DNA of 61,588 nt, filler included, from Choristocarpus tenellus KU-1152 (lineage: Eukaryota > Protista > Phaeophyceae): the NCBI GenBank assembly GCA_964200185.2. It is 10 parts of 10 records of this genome, joined end to end, with 100 filler letters (N's around TTAATTAATTAA, not from the genome) between each part and the next. Parts side by side here need not be neighbours in the genome. Positions count along the whole stretch, not along the records: positions 36,269 to 40,750 come from CAXNAD020014356.1; positions 40,851 to 48,596 come from CAXNAD020005648.1; positions 48,697 to 53,616 come from CAXNAD020012532.1; 7 more parts are not named here. The stretch is one strand, 5' to 3'. Of the stretch, positions 36,347 through 48,841 are shown piece after piece. The position numbers and the translations under genes are program-made. The notes below the pieces were generated by a model. That model was not told the origin of the DNA, made no database searches, and saw only the letters and a program-made list of their open reading frames with translations. Numbering within the stretch: position 1 is the first letter of the stretch; every line of letters begins with the position of its first letter.

Positions 36347-37740
36347 TATCTGAATAGTGACATTGGGCCTTCATTAATATTTTTGCTGAAGTAAGCAATG
36401 ATACCTAGGTCTTTAGGATTATCGGATTGGGTTTGTGCTAAAAACCCTCCAGCACCACTCACACTGCCATGAACATGGACGACGAATTCTTTGGTAAAGT
36501 CAGGGAATACCAGGACTGGACCTGCAGCGAGTAATTGTTTCACTTTAAAAAATGCCACGTCCTGGTCCAATCCCCATTCTTTATCAACTTTCTGACTGAC
36601 ACCTTTTTTAGTAAGACGGATCTAACGGTTCGATTACTGTGGCTAGGTTGGGTATAAATTTACGCACAACATTAGCCATACCTAGGACAGATCGAAGTTC
36701 TTTGATAATGGTGGGTTTGGGTTACTCAGTGATGCACGGACACGATCCTCACCGATACGAATCCCTTCAGACGATAAAATGTGACCCAGATAGCGTACTT
36801 CCTTAGGTCCAAATTCGATCTTTGTCAGTTTCAAGGTTAAACTTGCTGCTTGCAAAGCATTGAATTACTGCTCTAGTATGTGTAGATGTCCTTCCCATGT
36901 GAGAGAACAAGCAATCAAATCATCCATGTAAACTAGTAAACCACTAAGCGGACCAAAATTTGCAAAGGCTAATGACATGATCCTTTGAAATTGCCAAGGG
37001 GCATTTGATATCCTTAAGGGCATCCTCTTAAAAACATATTTGCCATTGGAAGTGACAAAAGCAGTTTTAGCATCAATAACATCTTCAGCAACTGGAATTT
37101 GCCAATACGCATTCTGAATATTACAAACAGTGATAAATTTAGCACCACCCACGGTATCAATATGAGACTCTATATCAGACGTTGGTTGTAGGTGTGACAC
37201 ATCGCTACTCTGTTCAATAGGTCTTACTTGATCAACGTAGTTTCCCCGAGCTTGAAGCTTCAGCAGATCCTGAAGCCATTCGGGCGGCACAGTGTTTGTT
37301 CTGGCACATTTGTCCTCGTGGTGCTCAATGAATGCTGGAACAACATCACCAAACTGAGCCTGCGAAATGGCCACGTCACAGGTAGTGGAACTTGGAGGCG
37401 AGAGAGGACTGTCCTGAAAAAGGACATGACGAGTGTCAAGGTCGCCCGAGCTGACACGATGCTCAAAGGTCAACGACACGGTTCCTTTCTGAGAACAATG
37501 ATCTGAGGAAGACGGGGGGAAGAGACGTCTACGGTTCGCATTTCTTACATCAGTAGACGATGCAGACGATTGACTCGACGAATTGGAATCATGGTTGATT
37601 GAGGAATCCATGTCCTCTACTGATTCGTTTACTTCAACTTTCTCATCTGCTTCTCTTGATTCTTTGAGGTGTTCAGCCAGACGTTCTTGTTCATGCCGCT
37701 TTATTCTCAATCTTACATTCGGTATCTTGAGTCAGTGGTC
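36347..37740 (-). pseudogene. Ty3/Gypsy pol relic (RT and RNase H connection), rearranged
   Basis: NAYWQIPV...KTAFVTSNGKYVFKRMP..ISNAPWQFQRIM...VYMDDLI...YLGH; PVLVFPDFTKEFVVHV.GS..GAGGFLAQ; stops and frameshifts present. Confidence 0.92.
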
Positions 37741-37776
37741 AAACAAAAATTACCCGTCACATTATCTCTGAGTTCA

Positions 37777-37929
37777 GAGTGAAAGTATCTTAGAGGGTAC
37801 GAGTTTTGCCCTATTTGTCCATTTGAGGCTTAGCTTCCCCTGTTTTTATTTATGACATTTTCCTACTCCAAAATATTTCCAGTAGGTAAAATGTATACGT
37901 TATGAAAAGGTGTTTCCGGAAGAAGGATA
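37777..37929 (-). mobile_element. MITE family C, truncated
   Basis: GAGTGAAAGTATCTTAGAGGGTACGAGTTTTGCCC. Confidence 0.85.
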
Positions 37930-38071
37930 TAGAGAGAATATTATATATAGAGACTTCCAGACGAACTAAGACGAACCGTAACCGAGAGGAGGAGGTTATG
38001 GTTGAGCAAGTGCAAGACTGAAAGGACTTGCAGGAAAAAGTGGGGAACTGAGGAAGTAGGGAGGACCACGA

Positions 38072-38308
38072 GAGTGAAATGATCTTAGAGGGTACAAGTT
38101 TTGCCCTGTTTGTCCATTTGGGGCTTGGCTTCCCATAGGGTTGTGACATTTTCGTACTCCAAAATGTTTAGCAGTAGGTAAAAAGGTTTGTCCAGAACAT
38201 ATATTGACACCTCCTAACAAACACGATAGCCAAAATTACATCAAAATCGCTACATTGGATTTTGACCCCCAAATGGACACGACTCTACCCTCTAAGACAC
38301 TTTCACTT
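38072..38308 (-). mobile_element. MITE family C, complete, 4-bp TSD ACGA
   Basis: GAGTGAAA...TTTCACTT; ACGA at 38068-38071 and 38309-38312. Confidence 0.9.
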
Positions 38309-38599
38309 ACGATCGAGATAGGAGATCCGCCTTCGAAAAAGGTCCTCGTAAAGAGACGTCACGGGAAGACACGGAAATCCATCATACCGAATATCCTCCA
38401 AACAGTTGAACCGAAGTTCTCAGAACACAACATCAATCGGTATAACGGTATATCATATACGGAAATAACGGTATAACAACAGAAAATCAGCTTTTCACAA
38501 TTCCTTTCTTTCATTTTCGGATCTTGTGTATGTGTTGAAGTTTTCTGATCATGTTGCTGGTAGGATTAGTCATATTTGGCATACTGATATCCTCAACTC

Positions 38600-39976
38600 C
38601 GTTGAAAAGCTTGGCGCATATAAGGCTCGTCACCGAAAGCTAGCAGTTGAATTTGCATGGTAAAGCGCACACTGAATTATTAATTATCCGCAAAGTGTTT
38701 TCCACTTGATGCTATTGTTCCACTATACCATTTATATTTTATTATTATGATATAATATATATAATAATATGGTATTGTCCCACTAACTCACCATAACATA
38801 CCGCTGTGTACTTTACTACTTTGTATTGTACTAAACTGAAGATCAACGTACATATAAGCTATGTTTTTTACTTGGATCAGCACAGATAACGTAAGGATAA
38901 CACTAGGTTATTCGACATCCTCCCCTTGCTGAAAACAAGTATTAACTTTCAAACAATCACAACAAAAAAATAAAATAAAACACACATGTTGTGTCACATG
39001 TTCATCAAAAACTTTATATGTTGTCTAAAAACTCGGACTGGCAAATTCTTGGTCAATACATCTGCCCTCTGATTTGCAAGTACCAACAAAACAATACGAA
39101 TCTCTCCTTTTCTAGATAAATCCCTCCGAAAATGATGTCGGATATCAATGTGCTTTGTTCTAGTAGAGCTTGTGGCATTTCGTACTAGTTTGCATGTACC
39201 ATCATTATCCTCAAACAATTCAATGCAACGCCTAGGAAACTGTGGCTGAATAAACTCAAAAACACTTATCAAAAAAAGTAATTCCTGTGCCACACTACTA
39301 AGAGCTATGTATTCACTCTCTGTGGAAGACAGAGCTACAACTCTTTGTACCTTTGACATCCAAGATATTGCTCCTCCTGCAAACATAATTGCTCCTCCAG
39401 TCACTGATCTACGATCATTCCAGTCTCCAGCATAACTAGCATCAGCATACGCACTCAACTCACACTCAGTATCAAATCCACCAAAACTCAATCCAACACT
39501 GGGACATGTATTCAAATATTCTAAAATGCATCTCACTGCACGCCAATGTGTGACTTTGGGATTGCTACTGTACTTGGCAACTTCACGAACTGCATTTGCA
39601 ATATCAAGCCTGGTCATAACAGATACCCACATCAAACTGCCAACTGCCTCTCTGTACGGTGTATTTTCATCAACACTTGGATGATTCTCACTCTTGTCTA
39701 GAGTCCTTGAGAGATCATGGAGTACCGACCTATTCTTTGTCCCATCCATACCAAATCTTTGACACTCTTCATGTACCTAGTCTGACTGATGGTGACAGTC
39801 TGTGCAGTTCTGTCACGTGAAATATCACAACCCATATAATACTCAAGATCACCAAAGTCTTCTATGGAAAACTGCTCTTTGATCCTAGAGCGAACCCAAA
39901 TCAAAACATCAATTTTATCAGCTACCAATAGATCATCTACGTGAGGGGCTATCACAGCACAAAATACGCTTAAGCG
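38600..39976 (-). mobile_element. Ty1/Copia (second family): RT C-terminus + RNase H, PPT and 3' LTR (38917-38600)
   Basis: HVDDLL, PYREAVGSLMW..TRLDIA, YADASYAGDWNDRRSVTG, SSTESEY, RTKHIDIRHHF, ADVLTK; PPT AGGGGAGGA immediately before TGTCGAA. Confidence 0.95.
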
Positions 39977-40750
39977 TGTTGAAGCTTGGCGCATGTAAGG
40001 CTCGTCGCCGAAATCTAGCAGTTGAATTACATGGTAAAGCATACACTGAATTATTAATTAACCTCAAGGTATTGTCCACTTGATGCTATTGTCCCACTAT
40101 ACCATTTGTAATGTCTCACTAACTCGCCATAACATACCGCTGTGTACTTCACTACCTTGTACTAACCCTAAACTAAAGATCAACGTACATATAAGATATG
40201 TTGTTTACTTGGATCAGCACAGATAACGTAAGGATAACACCAGGTTATTCGACATCCTCCCCTTGCTGAAAACAAGTATTAACTCTCGAACAATCACAAC
40301 AACAAAAAACACACACAATGTTGTGTCACATGTTCATCAAAAACTTTAGATGTTGTCTAAAAACTCAAACTGTCAAATTCTTGGTCAATACATCTGCCCT
40401 CTGATTTGCAGTACCAACAAAAACAACACGAACCTCTCCTTTTCAAGACAAATCCCTCAGAAAATGATATCGGACATCAATGTGCTTTGTTCTAGTCGAG
40501 CTTGTGGCATTTCGTACTAGTTTGCATGCACCATCGTTATCCTCAAACAATTCAATGCAACGCCTAGGAAACTGTGGCTGAATAAACTCAAAAACACTTC
40601 TCAAGAAAAGTAATTCTTGTGCCACACTACTAAGAGCTATGTATTCACTCTCTGTGGAAGACAGAGCTACAACTCTTTGTACCTTTGACATCCAAGATAT
40701 TGCTCCTCCTGCAAACATAATTGCTCCTCCAGTCACTGATCTACGATCAT
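39977..40750 (-). mobile_element. Second copy of the same Copia family: RNase H, PPT and 3' LTR (40254-39977)
   Basis: Near-identical to 38600-39420; LTR bounded by TGTTGAA...TTCGACA on the plus strand. Confidence 0.95.
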
Positions 40751-41585
40751 NNNNNNNNNNNNNNNNNNNNNNNNNNNNNNNNNNNNNNNNNNNNTTAATT
40801 AATTAANNNNNNNNNNNNNNNNNNNNNNNNNNNNNNNNNNNNNNNNNNNNGGTTTATCACCTTTATCCTCTTTGATGATTTTGGGGATACTTTAACCGCT
40901 GTCTCCCATCCTGAAGGCCAACGGGATCCTGAGAGTTTGCAAAGAAGATGCGCAGCCAATACCGAAACTAATGGCAGTTGGTCGGCTTATTTTGGGCACG
41001 TCCTATTTTGTGGAAGGAAGATGGAGCAATTCAATTGGTGTGAGCTCCAAGTCATGAGGGGTATTGTATCCAATTGGGAGTTTGAGGCTCTGCCGTACCC
41101 TGTCGTGCTTGACGAGGGCAGAGGTGTGAAAGGCACACGCCTCCTGCTGAAGGTTTGCAATGGTGCTATTTGACTCTAGTCACGTCGTCGGTTATATCTC
41201 GCACCTCAACACACAGAGGTCTAGGATTGCACAAAGCAACCACGTTTGGATTGATTCACCGAGATGATTCCACTGTGTGATGTTGTTCTGGGCATGATGT
41301 GTTGGGCAAGAAAGGCTGCTGGGCTCGTAGGCATGATATGTCTTGCTCTGTTTGGATGGTGCAACGATCTTTTCGAGGTAAGCGTGTGTCCGATCTCCTC
41401 CAACAAGCGTGGCACCCACCTGTCCGTAGAGAAGTATGCCAATAATATGTATTGCGTGGTGAGGTGTAGAACTCTTTTCCGCGGCCATAGGCACCGGCCC
41501 TGCGTGAAACTCTTACGTTGCCTCTCTCGTGGGGCATCTTCCTTTAAAAGAAAGCAGTTAATTTTGTCCACTCGACTATGCCTTC

Positions 41586-43499
41586 ATTACGAATTCAAAT
41601 CAGGCATGCCCAGAGGAGATTGCCTCTCCTCGGTCGGCGGAGGCGGAGCGAGGGTCACCAGATACCTCGTTAGGTCCTTGTTCAACAGCTATCCTCTCCA
41701 CAGGCACACGAATTGGGTCGACGTGCAGCATGGGGTATCCATCGAAGGATACTTGGGTTACGTGCGGGCTACACCAAGGAGGGACGCTGGTCGTCCTGGA
41801 AGAGGCTTGTATTTCGTTTGTCCTAGTGGGAATGCGTTCCTCAGGGACAAGTAAGGTTCGAGGCTCATTGTGCTTCAGCGGGTTCGAAGTGAAAGTTGTG
41901 CGTAGAATGGGAATGTGCTTTTTCCAGGTGACCATGGGGAAGATCGCCCAACGCTTTGAGCACTCTTGTGTGCTGCAAGTTTGGAGCGCCACAAAGATCT
42001 CCAGAGCTATATAGACTAGTTCAGTAGTGCAGAATACACTGGTGGTCAAAATATCCAAATATCGGAACGCCCAAACCATTATTTGTATGATTCCTTCCAT
42101 GACCACATCGGCTGCTTTCACCCTTCCGCTGCTCTTTCAACTACTCACGACCTGTTTTCCCCCTCGATCTTAAGGTGGGGATCACGAGAGGACTTCTGTG
42201 AGCACGTTTGTCGGCTGGTGACTAATGATCATCTAAGACCGCTCTTGGTCCAGAGACCACTCTTGCGACAAGAAATCCCAAGAGACAGTTGGAAACACCG
42301 GAGACTTGGCCTGCGAAGCGACTGAGAGAGTTAAATCACCAGTCACCACCTCCAGTTCCACCCAATTATGTCCAAGGTACCCTCTCCCAAACCGCAGTGG
42401 CAAACTCCCTAACCACACCACCAGTGTGTATAACAAACAACCCTCGTGGTAAGTGGTCCTTTCTTAGGACAAAGGACAGTAGGTGGGTTGACGCCGATGT
42501 GACCATCCTAGTGCCAGTCCCACCAGTTCCTCTAACGAATCCTCAAGGCCAGTGGGCCTTCAACAACAGGGAGGATTAGTGGATGGACGCCGTGGACTCC
42601 GTAGACAACTGGGTATGGTGAATCCTTGGGCACTACTGGTTGTTTCCCAATCCTAAGGATAATGGGATTTGCCACAAGGGTTGATTGTTATACAAACTGG
42701 TGATGTTGGTAATGGGGCTGCCACTGGGATTTGAGCAAGGGTGCCATGGACATAATTGGGTGGAACTGGAGGTGGCGACTGGCGGTATTAACTCTCTCTG
42801 TTGCTTTGTAGACCAAGTCTCCGGTGTTTCGAACTCTCTCTTGGGTGTCCTTGTCGCAAGAGTGGCCTCTGGATGAAGAGTGGTCTTTGATGCATTGTAT
42901 GTCTCCAGCCGACCAATGTGCTCAGAGAAGCTCTCTTGTGATGCTCACCTTAAGTGGAAGGGGGCAAACCAGTTGTGAGAATAGCAGACGTGGTTATGGA
43001 GCGCGATAAACAAAATATTATTTGGACATTTGGATATTGGGGTGTTTGGACCACCAGTGTGTTCTTCCATATCTTAAATTGCGTATATATCTCTGTAGAT
43101 CTGTGTGGACCTCATCTCGAGCAGGACCTAAGCATGCTCAAATCATTTGGTGATCTTCCTGACCCAGTCATCGGAAACATATTCCCATTCTGCGCCCAGC
43201 TTTCACTTCAATCAAACTGATGCACATTGAGCCTCGACCCTTGTCTGTTGTTCCTCAGGAGTGCATTTATTTGAAAAATATTCAAGCCTCTTCCAGAAGC
43301 AGCTTCATCCCTCTTTGGTGCAGATGGCACGTAGTGCAAGTATCCACTGACTGGCACCTCATGCTGACTCTTGGACCTAATTAATGTGTCGGTGGAGAGG
43401 GTAGTTGTTGAACAACAGTGTGTGGTGTGACCCTCGCTATGCCTCTTGTCAACTGAAGAGAGAAAACCTTGTCATGGCATGCCTGATTTGGATTCGTAA
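41586..43499. repeat. Long diverged inverted repeat (arms ~41586-42470 and ~42650-43499)
   Basis: CAAATCAGGCATGCC vs GGCATGCCTGATTTG; CACCTCCAGTTCCACCCAATTATGTCCA vs TGGACATAATTGGGTGGAACTGGAGGTG; collinear along the arms. Confidence 0.88.
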
Positions 43500-43646
43500 A
43501 GCAGTTGGTATAATGCATGAGAGAGCACTAAGGAGAAGGGTCTAGGAGATCGGCATCTGTGAGGTTTGATCAGAGGGCGATGGACTGAGTTTGAGGTTTC
43601 TACTCTGGAAGGCGTGTTGCTCTGCCTGAAACAAGTGCTGAAGATG

Positions 43647-44091
43647 CCACATTGTGCTTGAGGAGGCTTGAGGTCCCTATCCTTTTTGTGTCAGCGGATA
43701 TGAACCATCACCACAGAAAAATTTCATATTCTAGGGGATTTTGTTTTCCTGTGGACACCCTTCTATTCCTCTGCACTCCTTTATCTCCTTTTGGTGGAGC
43801 AGTGATTACCTCGTCATCGTTGTTTGTGTATACAGAGCAAAGGTCTGACAGAGACACTGGACTCCACATTGTGCTTGAGGAGGCTTGAGGTCCCTGGATG
43901 ATGACTATCCTTTTTGTGTCGGCGGATATGAACCATCACCACAGAAAATGTTTATATTCTAGGGGATTTTTTTTCCTGTGGACACCCTTCTATTCCTCTG
44001 CACTCCTTCATCTCCTTTTGGTGGAGCAGTGATTACCTCGCCATTGTTGTTTGTGTATACAGAGCAAAGGTCTGACAGAGACACTGGACTC
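43647..44091. repeat. Direct tandem duplication, ~217-bp unit, two copies
   Basis: CCACATTGTGCTTGAGGAGGCTTGAGGTCCCT at 43647 and 43864; the second copy has an extra GGATGATGACT. Confidence 0.95.
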
Positions 44092-47000
44092 GCAACATGT
44101 GCTCACAACAATGTAGTGTAGATACCAACCAAAGGAGTAGAACTAGAGGTGATGGGTGGCCTATGAATGTGTTTTGGACCATAGCATGGTTCGTTACTCT
44201 GATTGGGTTGGTGTTGTAGACTTGTTCTTGTGGTGCATGCTTTGTGTGCTGTGTTATCAAATAATAGAGGAACTGTGAGAAGAGATGGTGGCAAGAATGT
44301 TGAAGGCAAGTGCGCAGATCTACAATGACAGAGTTGGCATTTTTCTGATGTAAGCAGTAATATGCATTGTAAATACAGCATTCCCTTCTGGAAGGGATGT
44401 TGCCAAAAGGGGGTGCACTGATTATATTTTTAGCATTTTGTTCGGGGGGTATACATGTATACTGTCGCTGTTTGTCTGCTTTTTCTTTGTCGATACAGCC
44501 TGCCGCAGATGAATACTTTTCTCAGAGCTCTCTACCTGAAAGGGAGGGTACCCTTCCCAGGGGGTATACCTTGGTTAATGCAGGCAATGCAGTTGTTTAT
44601 TTATTGCAAATGAGGCTTGACTTCTCACTCACTCAGTAGGTGCATATCTAGCCCAAGTGGTTTGAGAGGATACCATATGTAGTAGCATAAAGTGCAGTGC
44701 TATTCTTTCTGGAAGTGTTATGGATATTGATGAGAGTAAACTGGGCGGGGGTCCCGGATGACAATACCCCTAAGGACAACCCTTCTTTGGTAATTATGTG
44801 GCCCTTGGATTCTACGGAGTACTTTGAATCAATGGCAGACTAGTCGATACCAGAGAAGCAACGAGGATGTGATAAGAAGAAACAGTTGAACACATAGACG
44901 GTGGGGCAAACAAGAGTCAAGAATGTCAATCCATACTTGGTTGGCCTTGTGGCTGTTGATGGTGTGGTGCTGATGTCTGATTCTCATCTTTCTTATTTTT
45001 ATACTTTTGTGTTTCTATTGCTGCCTCCGTGTTCCTTCTCCTTCTTCATCATTCCTCTATAGATTTCCTTTCCTCTCCTTTGTTTTGTGGTACCTCTCAC
45101 ACCGGGTCCAACAATATCAAACTATATGTTTATTTGCAAACCAATCAATCTATCCTTCCTTCCAACTCCGGTATGTGTAATGTTGATACCATCTACTACC
45201 TGTAAATTATCTCCCCTACTTTACAATGTACCCAGTTATCTATATACAATCCTCTACTGACTATTCCACCAACACTTGAACTAGATTTCTACTTGTACAT
45301 ACAGATCCTACTGTAATACTGTAACACACTCCAATGTCCGTAGCCATCCACCCTGCAGAAAACACCTCTTCAGTCCCTCAAAAAAAGTAGTAATTGCATT
45401 CTGCAGCTGAAAACACACACCCCACCCACATCAAAAGGAATCCCCCCCATCTCCCTCCAAACATATGGCGGAGTGAGTCACACACACATGCACACAACTC
45501 AGGATGTTCATCAAAACAAGTTCATCCTTCAAGTACACTACTGCACTAAATTGTGGTGGGCAACAAGGCTCCATGACACACACACACAAACAAACAATAT
45601 CACCATTGTACGACCCCCGCGACGTCCTTGGCCCCTCTATCCAAAGGTAGGAATAGGATGCCGGATGTAAGAAAACTAGATATTTCCCACCCCTACCTCT
45701 TACCATGAAACAATACACATATAAAATATAAACGCAAACATCATGCGTTCTTGTAACCCTGTAAACCGTTTTCTTACCCACAAAAAACAGTAATCTAAAG
45801 GGATATCTGTGGAATACCAAAATCCTTATATTTTCTACTCGTCAAGATTGTAGATGTTTTTCATGTGATGCATCGAATGATGACATAGAAAACAACGTTT
45901 GGACCTATATATATGAAAAATAGCGCTCTAGAAATCAAGGTTGATGCCCACCTTTCTACTAGTTGGAGGGAGGTTCGTAATTTATTCTCCCTATCATCAG
46001 TATATCCGCAAAATGGTGGAAGCAAGAATGTGATGGTAATTTCGAGGCAAGGCAAAGAGAATGTATGAGGGAATGGGCAAAGCTATGGGCAGTAGTGTGA
46101 GTGCTAAACCAAACGCGTGAGAAGCAAGGCATGAGAGGAGGTGGAATGGATTAAGTGTCGTAGCATAACCATAGTAGTTATTAGTTCTTAGTAGAAATGT
46201 ATAGTTAGTATGAGAAGTAGTGTATGTAGCGTGTTGCTCTTCTGACCATGGTTCAGGCTAAGTCCTCACATTCATAAAGGGAAGATGAAAAAAATATAAT
46301 CAAGTCGATATTTTTCTTATCCCAAACGGACCTCTCAAGTTCTATTCGTCACCTCGATATTTCTACAACTGTTGAATCCAACCAATTTTATTGTCGTGCT
46401 ATTAATGACAAAAGTAAGAGAACCCCTATGATAGCCACCTTCATGCCAAGGTATACATTTGAGATGCCCGTCCCTTAAAATAATTATGTATACCTTAGAG
46501 TCTTTTGTTCGTTTCTTATGAAGGTCAGATGTAGATAAAGGCAACAATTACAAATTTTCAGTATTAGCAGAATGTCATTATTGTGAAAGAAACTGATAAT
46601 AGTGTATGTGCTGTAATGGTTGAGTTGGTGAGATGAAGGCCAGCGTCGATAGGAAGGTTGGGCAACGGATTTGTTCCATTATTTTGTCCTCAAACATTTC
46701 GCAGATGTGTCAAAGGGGGGGAATCCGAGGTCAAAACTACATGACAAGGTCTACTACTATAGATTCAAGAGTTTTTTGTGCTAATATACCTCCTAATATA
46801 GGTACTACTTGAAAACTTCGATAAAAAACAACGATGTCCCCACCTTGCAGATTGTTAACCACTAGCTAATGACCACACTCTGAACTAACCCTACGAAGGT
46901 GAATGAGGAGCTAGGGAAGCATCTCAAGAATCTGCCAAACCCCTTCTTGCTCGCCTGCCTAGAGTCTCTAGCTTAAAACACTTGACACGCGTCTCAAGAG

Positions 47001-47612
47001 AGCTGCTTGCACAGAGATAGACTCTTATCTGTCTCAAACGAGACCTGACCACCCCTACTTTCAGCAATACACCCTAGCCCCTCTCTCCCCTATTTCATGG
47101 GTGGCCAACTTTTCCAGGAAACTCTCTGCTTACTTACCAAGGCACCCAAAACTTTCCACTGTGAGCTGAAATTAAAACTACGAGGGTCAACAGATCGCTC
47201 ATAAAGGGTGCACTTTTGTGCCTTGGCTGCAGCACCAGCTACACTGTTCATTCCTGGTGGATGAGTTGTTCAAATGACAGGCTGTTTGGACCTGGTCTCA
47301 AAATTGTCAGTCCCAAGATTTCTTGACTCTATTTGGTAATTACCCTAATGATGCAGACAGAAAAGCATTCCTTAATAAGTTCAGTATATTCAGGACGTTG
47401 CGTAGAGCACCTAGCTATAACAAGCCCCACTGTACACATTTTTTTTATCACTTCTCCTCTTCAGAGTGACCTTTCCTTGGCAGGACTGTCCTCCCCTGTG
47501 GTTCTCTTCACGTCCTATTCTAATGCTCTGAGTCTTCCTTCTTCCCTTCAGTCTGAAGAGTTTGTCTTCTGCCAGTCTCACCCGTTCCAAAATTTCAACA
47601 CAATTACTATGC

Positions 47613-47865
47613 GAGTCAAAGCATTTTAGGGGGTAGGACCGCGTCCGTTCGGGCTCATAAATATAATGTTGCGATTTTGATGGATTTTTGCTGTTGTGTT
47701 TGTTAGCAAGTGTCAATATCCTTGCTCCGGACACACCTTTCATAGTCGTACACATTTTAAGTAACCGTGCTCACACAGAAACCGGAAAAGGGCTTAAAAA
47801 AAACTTGGGAAGTCAAGCCCTGAACGGACAGAGCAAAACTCCTACCCTCTTGAATGTTTTGGGTC
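47613..47865 (+). mobile_element. MITE family C, old diverged copy
   Basis: GAGTCAAAGCATTTTAGGGGGTAG...CCTACCCTCTTGAATGTTTTGGGTC; internal TGTTGCGATTTTGATG, GTGTCAATATCCTTG, GGGAAGTCAAGCC. Confidence 0.8.
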
Positions 47866-48696
47866 TGTAAAATAGCTTGTGTGTGGCCCCAGCATCCTGA
47901 GGTGTGTACACAATTTAGTACATAATGGTAGTATATTATCAATCAATATTATTAGCGTATATCATTATGTCTGCCAACATAACTGCAGGGTTGTCATGTA
48001 GAAAAACCAAAAATATGAAGGAAAGAACGCAAAGCCCCGCAGAAAAATAGAAATTTAACTAGAGAAGAGGGGAGTTATCATGTAAGCAAAAACAACAAGC
48101 TTAACCACAGAAAGAGTGCTATAATATCAGATACACGAACTTGCATTATTATAACAACAAACAAGAAAACGAGAAAACAACAAAAGCAGCACTCCTAAAC
48201 TGGCTGTATGAAGGCGGGTAAGAATTAGTGGAAGAACCCCATGAATGTGTGAAGTCTCTCCTAGCCCATCGACGTCGAGTCTCTATTTTAAAGCATATAA
48301 CTCATCTGGACATGGCCACTTGTCGAGTAATGATAAAATGGATTAATCAGTATAAAAAACCTTACTTTACATGTCCCTTTCTGCTGAAACCCTCCGACCT
48401 CCTACTATGTACTATAGGAGTCACTAGCTCACCGAGAAATAGCTCTGAGGTGGACTAAGATGCCCAAAGCTCCAACCAAACCAATTTAGAGGTAGGCAGG
48501 TTCGGATCATTTTGCATTCGAAATCATCTTTCTTACCCTGCTGTGCAAGTTTCCTGCTCTTTGTCAGGTTTTAGAAGGTAATAGATTGTTTTTTTCNNNN
48601 NNNNNNNNNNNNNNNNNNNNNNNNNNNNNNNNNNNNNNNNTTAATTAATTAANNNNNNNNNNNNNNNNNNNNNNNNNNNNNNNNNNNNNNNNNNNN

Positions 48697-48745
48697 AAAA
48701 AATCGCGACATGAAAAAATTGGTCCCAAATGGACACCTGCCACCC
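48697..48745 (+). mobile_element. MITE family B right end at contig start
   Basis: AATCGCGACATGAAAAAATTGGTCCCAAATGGACA...AATACTTCGAGCC. Confidence 0.8.
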
Positions 48746-48841
48746 CCCCTCAAATACTTCGAGCCTCATACTATGAATGAGCTCTATGCCTGATGAAGAA
48801 ACGTTGATATTGAGAGGAACCACCCAAGTTACACTATTCAC

